Below are positions 35,212 through 45,749 of a stretch of 64,000 nt of DNA, piece after piece. The notes below the pieces were generated by a model, which saw only the letters and a program-made list of their open reading frames with translations, did not search any database and was not told the origin of the DNA. A program made the position numbers and the translations under genes. The stretch's first letter is position 1, and each line of letters begins with the position of its first letter. This DNA comes from an uncultured Verrucomicrobiae bacterium (lineage in GTDB: Bacteria; Verrucomicrobiota; Verrucomicrobiia; Chthoniobacterales; JAATET01): assembly GCA_963719495.1 (NCBI GenBank), contig CAVRCI010000006.1:32001-96000 (forward strand). The letters are read 5' to 3'.

Positions 35212-35940
35212 ATGAAAGCATCCAAAATCCTCCTCACCTTCGCCGTTTCGGTCTCCCTGCTCACTGCCGCAGGCACCTCGAGCGCCGCTGGCTTGTTCTA
35301 CTCATTCGACCAAAACAAAAACGGCAGCGGGGATGAGACGACCGGTTTCACCCTGCTAACGACCGCGATTTCGGGTTTTGCGTCATCCAGCGACGTGACC
35401 TACACAGGTAGCAGTCTGCGGACGCAAGCCGACGGCGGTGAAACGTCCTTCGTGAGTTTCGAGGGCGGCACGCCTTGGCTTGGCAGCGGCGGCAGCAGCA
35501 CTCCAGGACATTCGCTCGCTTGGAATCAAGGCAGCACCGGAAATACCTTTTCGTTCAACTTGGACACGACCGGGACAACCGATTTGGCGATTCGCCTGAC
35601 CGTGCGCTCGGCTGCGGGCGTGTCGGCGATCACCGATTTCACATCCTTCACCTACAACACTGGGAGTGGTCCGGTTGCGATCACCTCCGGAATAAGCAAT
35701 TTCACAGCTGACGCCGGGTTCAGCCAATGGTCCGCCAACTTGAGCGGTCTCACCGCCGTGGAGAATCAGCAGTCCGTCGCCTTCCAGTGGACGATTCCCT
35801 CGATTCCCAGCGGCGATAGCTTCCGGGTGGACAACATCCAGCTGACCGCAGTGCCCGAGCCTTCGACCGTGGTCCTACTCGGACTAGCGCTGGCCGCAGG
35901 TGTCGTCGTGGCGCGCCGCCGACGCGCTGTCCGCGAATAA
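35212..35940 (+). CDS. PEP-CTERM sorted secreted protein
   Basis: Signal peptide; AVPEPST, TM segment, RRRR. Confidence 0.9.
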   Translation: MKASKILLTFAVSVSLLTAAGTSSAAGLFYSFDQNKNGSGDETTGFTLLTTAISGFASSSDVTYTGSSLRTQADGGETSFVSFEGGTPWLGSGGSSTPGHSLAWNQGSTGNTFSFNLDTTGTTDLAIRLTVRSAAGVSAITDFTSFTYNTGSGPVAITSGISNFTADAGFSQWSANLSGLTAVENQQSVAFQWTIPSIPSGDSFRVDNIQLTAVPEPSTVVLLGLALAAGVVVARRRRAVRE

Positions 35941-35972
35941 TTCGAAAACTTGAAATCGATTTAGGGTTGGTG

Positions 35973-35999
35973 AAAGCCGGGCGCGAGCCCGGCTTTTTG
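35973..35999 (+). terminator. Rho-independent terminator
   Basis: aaagccgggc-gcga-gcccggcttttt. Confidence 0.8.
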
Positions 36000-36293
36000 C
36001 TGTCTAGCTCGGATCCGCAAATTTGATCCGGCAAGGGTCTCCCCGACGTCAACGCTCCGCAGCCCTACGGTTCGGTAGCGAGGTGACGAGATGGAACTGA
36101 TGCATCGAGCGTTCCGGGGGCTAGATAGCCGTGCCGTGCCCAGATTCAGTATCTTTTTGCGCGATCCGAACCAGCGCCTTCGATTGTCGGAGTCGCCCTC
36201 CGACCGTAGTCTCCTTTCAGATCGCCGATGGGACTGACGTTTTATCGGAGCATCGGTCAAACCTCCAAAATACCCAAACCCCAATCCTCCCTT

Positions 36294-37028
36294 ATGAGTG
36301 CACAGAAACTCCTCCTCACCCTCGCCGCTGCGGTTTCCATGCTCGCTGCTGCCGGCACCACGAACGCTGCCGGTTTGTTCTACTCCTTCGATCAATTTCA
36401 GAATGGAAGCGGCGGGGCGGGTAGTTTCACCCTTGGGGTGACGGCTTTAGATGGATTTGCGTCGGCGTCGGCGGTCAGTTACGCCGGTTTAAGTTTGCGT
36501 AGTCAAGGCGATGGTGGCGAGGGGTCGTTCACGGATTTTCAAGGCAATACCTGGCTCGGCAGCGGCGGGAGCAGCAACCCGGGGCATTCGATGGGTTGGA
36601 ATGCCAACAGCACGGGCAATACTTTCAGTTTCACGCTCGACACGACTGGCACTGTCGACTTGATGGTTCGTCTGGCCGTCCGATCAACCGGATCCGGCGG
36701 GGCACCCGCTGCATTCTCCAGTGTGACCTACAACAACGGTACGGGAGGACCCCAGACGATCTCGCCTTCGCTCTATTCGGGATTCATCTTCGGGACCGGG
36801 GCGTTCTCGGTCTGGACAGCGGATCTCAGCAGTTTGGCGGCAATCGAAAACAGACCGTCTGTGACCTTTCAGTGGACCATCCCGACGCTCAACAGCAACA
36901 CAAGCTTCCGCGTCGACAACATTCAGGTGACCGCTGTTCCCGAGCCTTCGACCTACGCGATCATGGGACTTGCGCTGGCCGCCGTGGTGATCGTTGCCCG
37001 CCGCCGCCGCCAGTCGGCCCAGCCGTAA
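36294..37028 (+). CDS. PEP-CTERM protein, tandem paralogue of 35212..35940
   Basis: Shared AGLFYSFDQ, WLGSGGSS.PGHS, FRVDNIQ.TAVPEP. Confidence 0.9.
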   Translation: MSAQKLLLTLAAAVSMLAAAGTTNAAGLFYSFDQFQNGSGGAGSFTLGVTALDGFASASAVSYAGLSLRSQGDGGEGSFTDFQGNTWLGSGGSSNPGHSMGWNANSTGNTFSFTLDTTGTVDLMVRLAVRSTGSGGAPAAFSSVTYNNGTGGPQTISPSLYSGFIFGTGAFSVWTADLSSLAAIENRPSVTFQWTIPTLNSNTSFRVDNIQVTAVPEPSTYAIMGLALAAVVIVARRRRQSAQP

Positions 37029-37061
37029 CCTGAGATCTCAATTCCAATGGGGGTTGGCAGG

Positions 37062-37086
37062 AGCCGGGCGAGAGCCCGGCTTTTTG
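37062..37086 (+). terminator. Rho-independent terminator (near copy of 35973)
   Basis: agccgggc-gaga-gcccggcttttt. Confidence 0.8.
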
Positions 37087-37124
37087 CTGCCGCCTTCGCG
37101 GACGATTCCGGGGTAGACTGATTC

Positions 37125-37982
37125 ATGCGGCTGACGGACTGGCGAAATCTTCGGGCTCACGTGGTGTGGGCCTACGAGGGCGTGCCGCTGGCCCCGCGGG
37201 GGACTTTTCACGACGAACACCTCGTCGCCTGGCGGTTGCTCGAGGGATCGGTGACCGTCTCCGGTCGACGGAAGACGGTGACCGCTGCGGCGGGACAATG
37301 GGTCTTTCCGCCGCGGGGTGAAGAGGTGCGCGAGTTCTCGGAGGATGCGCGGCTGATTTCGGTCCATTTCCGCGCGACCTGGCCGGATGGGCATGAGCTC
37401 TTCCAGGAAAACGAGCCGCACGTCGGCGAGCCGGACGGCTTCCCGGAGCTAGACGCCGCGGCTCGCCGCTTGGCGGAAGTCATTCACACGCGTTTCCCCG
37501 ACGTCATCGGCAATCGGCTTCCCTTCGTCGAAGCTGACTTGAAAGATTACCTGGCGCTGGAGAGCGGACTGCCGCCGTGGTTGGACGCCTACGCCACCGC
37601 CATGCAATCGCTCGGCGCCCGGATGTGGACGCTCAACACCTTCGACGAGCGGGTGGTGCATCTGAGCGAGGCCATCGACGCGCTGCCGCTCGACGCCGAA
37701 CTGTCTCTCGCGGACGTCGCCGGAGGATTTGGGCTCAGCCCGGGGCACGCGTCGCGGCTCTTCGTCGCGCACTTTGGATTCACACCTAGAGAATACCGGG
37801 AGCAGCAGCGGGTCGACGCGGCTCGTCGCCTGCTGCGCGGTTCCTGCACGCCGGTGAAGGAGATCGCCTTCAACCTCGGTTTCAAGCAGCCGACGCATTT
37901 CTCGGCGTGGTTCAAGAAGCGGACCGGCGCGTTCCCGCGAGCTTTCCGAGACGCCGTCGTGAAGCCGAGTGAGGCGATGTGA
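37125..37982 (+). CDS. AraC-family transcriptional regulator
   Basis: C-terminal double HTH: VKEIAFNLGFKQPTHFSAWFKKRTG..P..FR. Confidence 0.9.
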   Translation: MRLTDWRNLRAHVVWAYEGVPLAPRGTFHDEHLVAWRLLEGSVTVSGRRKTVTAAAGQWVFPPRGEEVREFSEDARLISVHFRATWPDGHELFQENEPHVGEPDGFPELDAAARRLAEVIHTRFPDVIGNRLPFVEADLKDYLALESGLPPWLDAYATAMQSLGARMWTLNTFDERVVHLSEAIDALPLDAELSLADVAGGFGLSPGHASRLFVAHFGFTPREYREQQRVDAARRLLRGSCTPVKEIAFNLGFKQPTHFSAWFKKRTGAFPRAFRDAVVKPSEAM

Positions 37983-38084
37983 CGGGAATTTCTTTTCTCA
38001 CGCAGAGGCGAAGAGACGCGGAGGAGATGATCTTATGACGGGTATTCCTGCGCCTTTTCGTGAGGACTCATTTCGCCGCGTCGT

Positions 38085-39188
38085 TCACGGTCGGGCGGTG
38101 GCCCATTCGTCGGCGTATTCGAGGCAGGCGAGGGCCATCATCGTCCCGAGCATGTCGCTGATTGGGTGCGGCTCGTCGCAGAGTCGGACGGAGTGGTGAT
38201 TGACGAGGCAGTGGTCGCCGTGGAAGGCGAACGCGCCGTCCGATTTGCGATACTCGCGCAGGAGGCAGTCGCAGAGCCGCCCGCCAGCCCGGACGATCTC
38301 GTCGTGGCGGTGTCGTCCGAGCATTTGAAGATCGAGTTCGCGCAGCACCCAGAGGGCGTCCCAGTTCATGCACATGTTCCGGGGGTAACCGAACTCGCCG
38401 TTGGCGGATTGGAGGTCGAGCGTGGAGTCGATGGCGGCCTCCGCGTGGGGGACCGGGCGGCCGACGGCGAGGTAGCCGTTCATGATTTTGAAAAGCCCGG
38501 CCATCGCGCGCGCCGGATCGTCGGGGCAGCCGCGGGCGGTCGGCATTCCGCTGGCCGGATCGAGCACGTCGGCTTCCAGCGAGGCGAACATGTCGGCCAG
38601 CACGGGGATCGTGTCCCGTTGGTCGTCGGCGGGCAACTCGCGCAGGTGCGCGACGATGGCCCGCGACCAAGCCTCGCCCGTGGACCAAGGATTGGACCAG
38701 GGAAGTGAGAGGGTCCACGCCCGACCGTCGACCCGCGAGAGATCGGCGAACTGCGCGGTGGGCGGAGGGAGCAGGGGAGCCGCGCCAAGGTGCGCGAGCG
38801 CGAGAAGGGTCGCGCCGTGGCGCTGCGCCCAGATGGCTTCCCAAGAGTGATGGCCGTCGTGAGTGTCCGGCGTCTCGAGCGGATCCTTGAACAATCCATC
38901 CGCCGAGTCCTGGCAGCTTTGGAAAAACGCGACCGCCGCCGCTCGGTCGTCTGCGCCGACCGAGTCGAGGGCGTCGAGGCGATGGAGGAGGTCGATCGCG
39001 ATGCCGGAGGCTTGAAGCGACCACGGTCGGGTCATCGCGGCGTGGTATCGCCAGCGTCCCCAGCCCGCCTCGTGACACCGCACCATTTCGAGCCACGCGA
39101 GGATGTCGCCGCGGACGGTGGCGACGAATCCAAGGGCCGACTCCGGGGAAGCCTCCGCCGGATGTTCGAGCGTGGCTAATTCACTCAT
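38085..39188 (-). CDS. Hypothetical protein, possible (alpha/alpha) barrel with prenyltransferase-like repeats
   Basis: Recurrent CQD..DGLF, LQS.NGEFG, RK.DGAF motifs; host-like codon usage. Confidence 0.55.
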   Translation of the reverse strand: MSELATLEHPAEASPESALGFVATVRGDILAWLEMVRCHEAGWGRWRYHAAMTRPWSLQASGIAIDLLHRLDALDSVGADDRAAAVAFFQSCQDSADGLFKDPLETPDTHDGHHSWEAIWAQRHGATLLALAHLGAAPLLPPPTAQFADLSRVDGRAWTLSLPWSNPWSTGEAWSRAIVAHLRELPADDQRDTIPVLADMFASLEADVLDPASGMPTARGCPDDPARAMAGLFKIMNGYLAVGRPVPHAEAAIDSTLDLQSANGEFGYPRNMCMNWDALWVLRELDLQMLGRHRHDEIVRAGGRLCDCLLREYRKSDGAFAFHGDHCLVNHHSVRLCDEPHPISDMLGTMMALACLEYADEWATARP

Positions 39189-39234
39189 CCGTGGCATTGC
39201 CTTCCGTATGTGTATAGCGCGGCTGTCCCGGACG

Positions 39235-39424
39235 CGGGGGGGGAGGACGTCTCGTCCTCCCGATTCGAGCGTGCGGACGAGACGTCCCCACCCCGTTTTT
39301 TCCGATCCCGAGGGAAATCGGGCATCTCCGGCCATCCAACCTCTTCGACACGCGGAATCACGCTAAACACATACCGGCTTCCAGCCGATGATCCGTAGAA
39401 CATCGGCTGGAAGCCGATGCCACG
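39235..39424. repeat. Two REP-like palindromic element pairs
   Basis: ggacgtctcgtcc...ggacgagacgtcc (39245-39287) and cggcttccagccgatg...catcggctggaagccg (39375-39416). Confidence 0.65.
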
Positions 39425-39465
39425 GACTTCGATGGCGCGTTCGTTCTGCGAGCATCGTGCCGGGA

Positions 39466-41397
39466 TCATTCTCGAGCGGCGGTGTCCGCTGTCTGCTCGG
39501 CTTCGGGTTCGGGCGTGGGTGTCGGGGCCGGTGGGACGGGGCCGCGGAAGAACGTGACCGAGTGCGGGGCAAGATTCATCTCGTCGGCGAGATTGGCGTC
39601 GGTCGACTCGGTGAGGCCGAACTCGTCAACCACGGCTTTTTCCCACGACGCGTCCGTCGGGGCGGTCTCGAGTTGCAGCGTGTTCGCGGCGGACGAACGG
39701 TTGATGACGAGGAGGCCGGCTTTCGAGTCATTCTTCGAGGCGAAGACGACGACCTGAGTCGGATCGCTGGTCTCGACCTTCACGGCGTCCCCCATCATCC
39801 ACTCGTTCGCGTAGTGAAAGACGTGGGCGGCGGGGCGAAGCGCGAAGTCCTTGTCCATCTTGCCGTAGACGCCATCGCGCTCGTTCCAGGCGTTGCTGAC
39901 TTCGAGTTGGTGCGTCGCGAATTCCACGAAGCAGAGCGCGTCGAAGACGGCACCCTTGTGGTTGAGCATGCGGGGTTCGCGGGTCTCCCAGGTCCAACTG
40001 ATCGCGTATTCGTTGAGGTGGATCGGGATGTGCCGGTCGGGGCTCACCTCGGTGAGCATGGCCTGGAGATCGGCGATGTGGTCGCCGATCTTCTGCGTCT
40101 TGTTGTAGATGCTGAAATCGGATTCCTCCAATTTGCCGCTGGCGTAGCCGTGGGCGGAGAGGAAATCGAGGTTGGGCAGGGTCGCGGCGGCGAAGCGCTT
40201 CAGCTCCGCGACGTAATCGGGCCGCATGGCGGCGGGTCCGCCGGTCTGGATCGACGGATCGACCGCCTTCATCGCCTTCGCGCAGAGGTTGTAAATGCGG
40301 GTCAGTTCGTCGAGCCGGTCGGGCTGATTTTTCTTCTGGAGGTCGACCCAGTAGAGGCCGTCGCGCTCGTTGGTGATCTCGAAGTAGGGAATGGCGAAAT
40401 CGTTGTCGACGTTCGTGATCCGCACGAGATCGGCGCAGAACGCGGCGAAGGTGTCGAATTGATCCGCGTCGAGGAAACGGTCGCCGTCGGAGTCCATCCA
40501 CTCCGGCCAGTCAGGAATGGTGAGAACCTTCTGCACGCCTTTCGGATTCCAAGCGGAGAGCGCGGCAGCAATTTTTTCGGCGTCCCAGCGCTTGCCTTCC
40601 ACGTCCACCCAACCGATCGCCTTCACGGTCGAATCGTCGATCATGTTGGTGTTGTGATAGCGGACGATGGGGACGTCCATGTAGGCGAGTCCTTCCTGGT
40701 AAGCCGGGCTGGCGGCGACTTCGGGATCGAAACCGGCGAAGATCGCGACGGAGAACGTGCCGCGCGGGATCGGGTGCGCGACTTGGTCCCAATGAACGAC
40801 GGCGGTCGCGGCGACGGGGGATTCCTCGACGGGCGCGGCGGCTTCGCCCGGGAGGGCGGCCGTCTCCTCGGTGGCGGCTCCGGCTTCGCGCTTGGGCTTG
40901 GCTTGCTTCTGCGCGGTTTTCGGAGCGGTCGCGCCTGGTGGAAGGTAGTCCGGGTCGGCTGAAACGACGACCGCGTCCAGACCCGCGCCGGGTGCGGCGT
41001 TGGGCTGGCGGATGAGGACGACGGCCTCGCCGAGTTCGTCCCGGCGGAAGGTGCCGAAGCAGCGCCACGTCCATTCGTCGGTCGGCCAATTGAAGAGCCA
41101 CTTGAGCTCGCGCTGCTTGCCTTCGGCGGATTTGGACTTGAGGCAAATGCCGTGCCCGCGCCCGCGCGCCCAGATCGTGAAGGAGTCGCCTTCCGCCGGA
41201 AGCGGGGTCGTGAAGAGAGGTAGGTAATCGCCGGGTTGCGCGACGTAGGAAGCGCCCGAGGCTTCGTCGTTCGCCTGAATCTCGACGCCGCCCGGGAGCG
41301 GCCCGCTCTCGGCCTCGACGATCGGTCCGGCGAAAGCGGGTCCCGCCGGGGCGAACGTGAGGAACGTAGCAAACTGGAAAATGGACCGGATTCTCAC
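39466..41397 (-). CDS. Secreted clan-A glycoside hydrolase (GH39-like) with N-terminal accessory domain
   Basis: Signal peptide; YFEITNERD (acid/base), KAVDPSIQTGGPA, DFLSAHGY, IHLNEY (nucleophile). Confidence 0.7.
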   Translation of the reverse strand: MRIRSIFQFATFLTFAPAGPAFAGPIVEAESGPLPGGVEIQANDEASGASYVAQPGDYLPLFTTPLPAEGDSFTIWARGRGHGICLKSKSAEGKQRELKWLFNWPTDEWTWRCFGTFRRDELGEAVVLIRQPNAAPGAGLDAVVVSADPDYLPPGATAPKTAQKQAKPKREAGAATEETAALPGEAAAPVEESPVAATAVVHWDQVAHPIPRGTFSVAIFAGFDPEVAASPAYQEGLAYMDVPIVRYHNTNMIDDSTVKAIGWVDVEGKRWDAEKIAAALSAWNPKGVQKVLTIPDWPEWMDSDGDRFLDADQFDTFAAFCADLVRITNVDNDFAIPYFEITNERDGLYWVDLQKKNQPDRLDELTRIYNLCAKAMKAVDPSIQTGGPAAMRPDYVAELKRFAAATLPNLDFLSAHGYASGKLEESDFSIYNKTQKIGDHIADLQAMLTEVSPDRHIPIHLNEYAISWTWETREPRMLNHKGAVFDALCFVEFATHQLEVSNAWNERDGVYGKMDKDFALRPAAHVFHYANEWMMGDAVKVETSDPTQVVVFASKNDSKAGLLVINRSSAANTLQLETAPTDASWEKAVVDEFGLTESTDANLADEMNLAPHSVTFFRGPVPPAPTPTPEPEAEQTADTAARE

Positions 41398-41891
41398 TGA
41401 GCGGACAGACCTTCAACCGCGCCGCCGACCGTCGGATCGAATCCGGGATCGGAAGAGATGATCACCGCGTCGAGTCCGGCGTCGTCGGCGGGCTCGCCGC
41501 CGCGGATGATCGTGATCTCGGCTCCCAGATCGGCGGCCGGGTGGGTGCCGTAGGATTTCCAGGTCCAGGTGGTTCCGGGCTTCCAACTCCACTTGATCCC
41601 CTTCTGCTTGCCGCCAACGGTCTCGGAGGACTTCAGTTGAAGGCCAACGCCGCGGGCGCGGATCCAGACGGTGTAGCTCTCGGCACCAGTCGGCATGGCC
41701 ATTTTGAAGAGCGGATTGTATTTCTTGTCGCTCATCGTGTAGGAGCCTTCGATCGCGTCGCCGTCGGCGAGCACTTTGGCTCCGGTGTTGTCGGCGGTGC
41801 TTTCGGCTTGGATGAGAATCGGGTCATCGGCCAGGAGGGTGAACGTGGTGGCGAGGGCGACGATCGAGGTCGCGAGGGTGATTTTTTTCAT
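41394..41891 (-). CDS. Small secreted protein (stand-alone copy of the accessory domain)
   Basis: Signal peptide; IQAES...YTVWIRARG...GLDAVII. Confidence 0.75.
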   Translation of the reverse strand: MKKITLATSIVALATTFTLLADDPILIQAESTADNTGAKVLADGDAIEGSYTMSDKKYNPLFKMAMPTGAESYTVWIRARGVGLQLKSSETVGGKQKGIKWSWKPGTTWTWKSYGTHPAADLGAEITIIRGGEPADDAGLDAVIISSDPGFDPTVGGAVEGLSAQ

Positions 41892-41909
41892 GAGATTCGA
41901 GGGTGGGGT

Positions 41910-42662
41910 TTAGTAAACGATCTGGAGGTGTTTGTGGAGCAGCTCGCCCTTCTTCATGGCCTCGGCGTGGCCGTCGGCGAAGAGGAAGTTGGCCGCGTTG
42001 TCGTTGCCGTGCCGGTAGCGGACCCCAGCATAGCTGACGCCATCCTTGTCCAGGCCGGGGTCGACCGCTTGCTCGGCCTTGTCTTCGTTGCGGTCGTAGA
42101 CTCCAGGCTGCTTGAACATGTAGGCCTGAACCTTCCCATTGTCGCGCTGACACGCGTCCGCCAGCAGAATCGTGGACGACGGGCGTTGGACTTGCATCAT
42201 GCTGCGGAGCTGAGTGGCGCTGCTGTATTTCGCGTCGGGCATGACGTTGGGATTCACCGTGTAAGCCATCTCGTGCTCGGCGGTGCGGATCGTTTTGCCC
42301 GGGCAATCGAAGACACCGCCGAGGTCGCGCGCCCATTTGACGTCCTGCCCGTCCTGCCCGAGGTAGGGCGCGATGGCGTCGGTCCAGTAGGCGTATGGCC
42401 CCGTCTTGAACGAGCCGGCCGGATAAGTCTGGTTGTCGGCAACGTAGAGCTGGACGCCGATGCCGAGTTGGCGCTGATTCGACAGGCAGGCCGCGTCTTT
42501 CGTCTTGGCCATCGAACCCGACAGCATCGAAAAACTGAGTGCCGCCAGGGTGCCGATGATCCCGACGACAACGAGGATCTCGATGAGCGTGAAGGCTCGG
42601 TTTGACGAGTGATGAAAGGAAGCCGCCGGGAGGCGACGCCCTGAGAGGGAGGGGGTCTTCAT
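41910..42662 (-). CDS. Prepilin-type N-terminal cleavage / H-X9-DG domain protein
   Basis: AFTLIEILVVVGII..LAAL, CLSNQRQLG, RHGNDNAANFLFADGH. Confidence 0.9.
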   Translation of the reverse strand: MKTPSLSGRRLPAASFHHSSNRAFTLIEILVVVGIIGTLAALSFSMLSGSMAKTKDAACLSNQRQLGIGVQLYVADNQTYPAGSFKTGPYAYWTDAIAPYLGQDGQDVKWARDLGGVFDCPGKTIRTAEHEMAYTVNPNVMPDAKYSSATQLRSMMQVQRPSSTILLADACQRDNGKVQAYMFKQPGVYDRNEDKAEQAVDPGLDKDGVSYAGVRYRHGNDNAANFLFADGHAEAMKKGELLHKHLQIVY

Positions 42663-42717
42663 AATGGGGATGAACGAAAATCGGTCAAAGAGGGGTTCGC
42701 CGCAAATGTCCGATGGT

Positions 42718-42727
42718 TTTACGTTAA
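42718..42727. promoter_or_regulatory. Operator-like motif TTTACGTTAA
   Basis: ~55 nt upstream of the H-X9-DG gene start. Confidence 0.55.
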
Positions 42728-42915
42728 GCCGGCTCGCGATCCCGGGTGGGACGCTCGAAAATGCGAACCTCGGCGGGAGCGACAGCGATTGGCCCGCCAG
42801 CGGGGATGTCGCCGACTGGCGGTTCGGTCGGAAGCGAGGCTGGAGGATGGACGGCACCACGCTGCTCGCGAAGCCAACAATCCGCGGCTCGGACTACGAG
42901 CAGGAAAAAGCGCCC

Positions 42916-43412
42916 CTAAACCAACTCCGAAAGCCGCCGGGCATCGGGCCGGAGCGTGACGAGGTCGTTGATCGCGATCTCGCGACCCGTCGCCATGCTT
43001 TCGTTTCCCGCGATGCCGACGAGGATTGAGGCCGCGCCCTGCTCGTGGCCGGCGGAGCGTCCAAAGGGGTCGGCCGGCGGGTTGGTGGCGAAAATTTGTT
43101 CCTGGAGTAGAACGTCGCCGCCGCCGCGGCCGCCCTCGCCCGCCCGCACCGGAACGTCGTAGGCGGGCTTGAAGTGCGGCAGGACGCGGAGGCGGTGGTC
43201 GCCGCCGTGGGCGTGCTCGTTCGCGGGAATCGTGCGGCCCGCGTCGTCGACGAGGTGCGCGCCGTGGTCCTCCTCGTACTCCAGCCGACCGCGATCTCCA
43301 GTGAACGTGACGCGGAAGCCCTCGCGGGGGCTGAAGGCGTTGAGCGTATAATTGAGCAGCGCTCCGTCACGGTAGCGGACCATCACGTTCATCGTGTCCT
43401 CAATGCTGATGC
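42916..43412 (-). pseudogene. C-terminal fragment of a Gfo/Idh/MocA oxidoreductase
   Basis: ISIEDTMNVMVRY..GA.LNY.LNAFSP.EGF...GRLE, GGGD, GA.SILVGIA.N.S; no N-terminal Rossmann domain. Confidence 0.7.
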
Positions 43413-43765
43413 GTTCAAGACAAACGGACCACCGCCCGTTAGTGTCAAATTCCCACTGCCGGTCATAATCGAATCGATCTGAAAGCTCTTGGTCTGTCCG
43501 CTTCCGCGCGAGAGGGTCATCTCCGAGGAACTCGCGGCATTGAGCCCGCCTGCCAAAATGTGCAGCGGATTTGCGTCGCCATGGGTGATCCGCCCCCCGT
43601 CTAAAATCAGATTCGAAATCGTGAAGGTGCTGGTTCCGCTCCCCTTGGTGAGCAGGCGACTGCCCGACACGATTGTAAGCGAGCCGCCTCCGAAAGTCGC
43701 ACCTCCGAAAGGCCCTCGGAATGTTTCCTCGGAAACGCCAAGATCGTCGCTGGTGAAGCAATCGT
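43412..43765 (-). pseudogene. Internal fragment of an autotransporter-like beta-strand repeat protein
   Basis: FGGGSLTI...ISNLILDGG.ITHG...MTGSGNLTLTGGG; lower GC than flanks. Confidence 0.5.
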
Positions 43766-44030
43766 TGGCGCGACGATCCCCTCGAGGTGGCCCAGTAGGC
43801 TCGGCAGGTCGGCGTAGCGCGCATCCTCGTGGGCGAACGTCTGGTCGCCCTGCTCCCGCCACCCCAGCGTCCAAACGACCTTCCGGCCCACGGCGCAGCG
43901 CACCGCCTCCTCGTAGAGCCCGAAAAGCGCGCGTTTGCGCTCCGGGTCATGCATCGGCTCCCCGGGAAACGCCGCGCCGAAACGCTTCGCGCCGAGCGGC
44001 TCGGCGTGGTGCTGCGCGATCCAGAGACCG
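43765..44030 (-). pseudogene. Internal fragment of a GH115-like glucuronidase
   Basis: YGLWIAQHHAEPLGA..F...FP...VVWTLGWREQGD resembles the GH115 HHAEP and W.LG.RG.GD motifs. Confidence 0.5.
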
Positions 44031-45130
44031 TAATCCGCGCCGAACCGCGCCGCGTAGGGCCCCGAGATCTGGACCGGCCAACCCGGCAGGAAATTGCGGA
44101 TCAACTTGTACCGCTCCGTCCGCACGCACCGCATCGGGTCGTATTCGCCGCTGTGATACGTCATTTGCGCGAAGACCGCGTCCCGCGCCGAGCCCTCCCC
44201 GGTCGTGAGAAATTTCCAGAATGACCGACCCTGACACGCCGAAGGAACGGGCAGTTCCAGCGCGGTGAGGAGCGTCGGCGCGAGGTCGAGGTGACTCGTG
44301 AGCGCGGCGACGCGAGCGCCCGCCGGGATCGCGCCCGGGAGCCGCATGAGGAGCGCGCACTCGAGGCCCGGATCGTAGAGCGTCGCCTTCGCGCGGGGGA
44401 GTTCCGGCCCGTGGTCCGTCGTGAAGAAGATGAGACTCTCATCCTCGAGTCCCGCCCGCTCCAGCGCGTCGAGGATGCGCCCGACCGCGGCGTCGGCCCG
44501 CTCGATCCGGTGGCAAAACGTCGCGAGATCCTTCCGCGTGGCGAGGTCGTCCGGCAGGTAGGCCGGGACCTCGAGTCGGTCGACGACCGCCGGATCGTAA
44601 TCGTTCGCGTAGAGCCGGTGAACGTCGGAAAATCCGACCGACAGGAAAAACGGCGTCTCCCGCAGCCGGTCACCCTCGGTGTCCAACCTCGCGACGGCGG
44701 CGTCCGCGACGAGGTGCGACTTCGTCTCGAGCGTCCACCGCTCGTCGTAGGAAAACGTGATCTCGCTCGTGCGCTCGACGTCCTTCCGCGGCCAGGCGTC
44801 GCGCGCATCGTGCCGCTCGTGCTGGAGTCCGCAGAGCATCGAGCGGTAACCGTGGCCACGCAGGATGGTGGGCAGATCCTCAACGCCGTCGGCATACTTC
44901 CAGCCGCGATGCGTCAATCCGAGGATCCCGTGCTGGGCGGAGTATCGCCCCGTCATGAGCGTCGCCCGGCTCGGCGAACACTGCGGCGCGGTGCAGAAGT
45001 GCCGGTCGAACGCCGCGCCCTCCGCCGCGAGGCGGTCGAGATTCGGAGTCCGCACCCCGCCCCGACCGTAGCAACCCAGCCAGTCGCCGAGGTCGTGCCA
45101 GATGAACTCGATGACGTTCAACCGACTCAC
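44031..45130 (-). pseudogene. Sulfatase (formylglycine type), C-terminally truncated and fused
   Basis: HDLG, TPNLDRLA.EG, CSPSRATLMTGRY, TDHG, RTERYKLIRN; the C-terminal LYDL..DP.E region is absent. Confidence 0.8.
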
Positions 45131-45161
45131 GCGGGTCAACCGAATCCGACGATCACGGGCA

Positions 45162-45674
45162 TCACTGCTCGGACAGCTCCTCGGCGGCCCCCGCGAGGTT
45201 CGGATCGAAATCCGCGTTGGGTGCGAGAATGACGGCATCGAGCCCCGCGATTTCCAAGGCATCGTTCCCCCGGATGATCACGATCTCGGCTCCGAGGTCC
45301 GCGACGGGATAGCGCCCATTTGATTTCCACGCCCAATCGTCGCCCGGCTTCCAGATCCACTTCAGCTCTTTCTGGGAGGCCCCCGGCGTCGGTGCCGCCT
45401 CGAGCTGCGTCGCCATCCCGCGCACGCGAGCTTAGACCGTGTATTCCGGCGCATCGGTCGGCGTCGCCATTTTGAAAACCGGATTGTCATCCTTCGGATG
45501 CATGGCGTAGGCCAGACCAAAAGCGTCGCCGTCCTTGGGCGACTTTGCGCCCGTCTCCCCAATCGTGGATTCCGCTTCAACGAAAATCGCGCCCTCGGTG
45601 AATTGGCCCAAGGCGGTGGGCCCCGTCAGCGTGACGCCGAGCAGAGCGAGAAGGAGAACGAAGTGGTTTTTCAC
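45162..45674 (-). pseudogene. Paralogue of 41394..41891 with an in-frame TAA at 45432-45434
   Basis: EYTV*ARVRG versus SYTVWIRARG; both halves align with the paralogue. Confidence 0.75.
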
Positions 45675-45749
45675 GGAGGGGGCGGGAGCGAGGAATCAGC
45701 TCGACGGCATGATTAGGTCAGGAATCGCTACCCGCAAACCCACGCTGAC

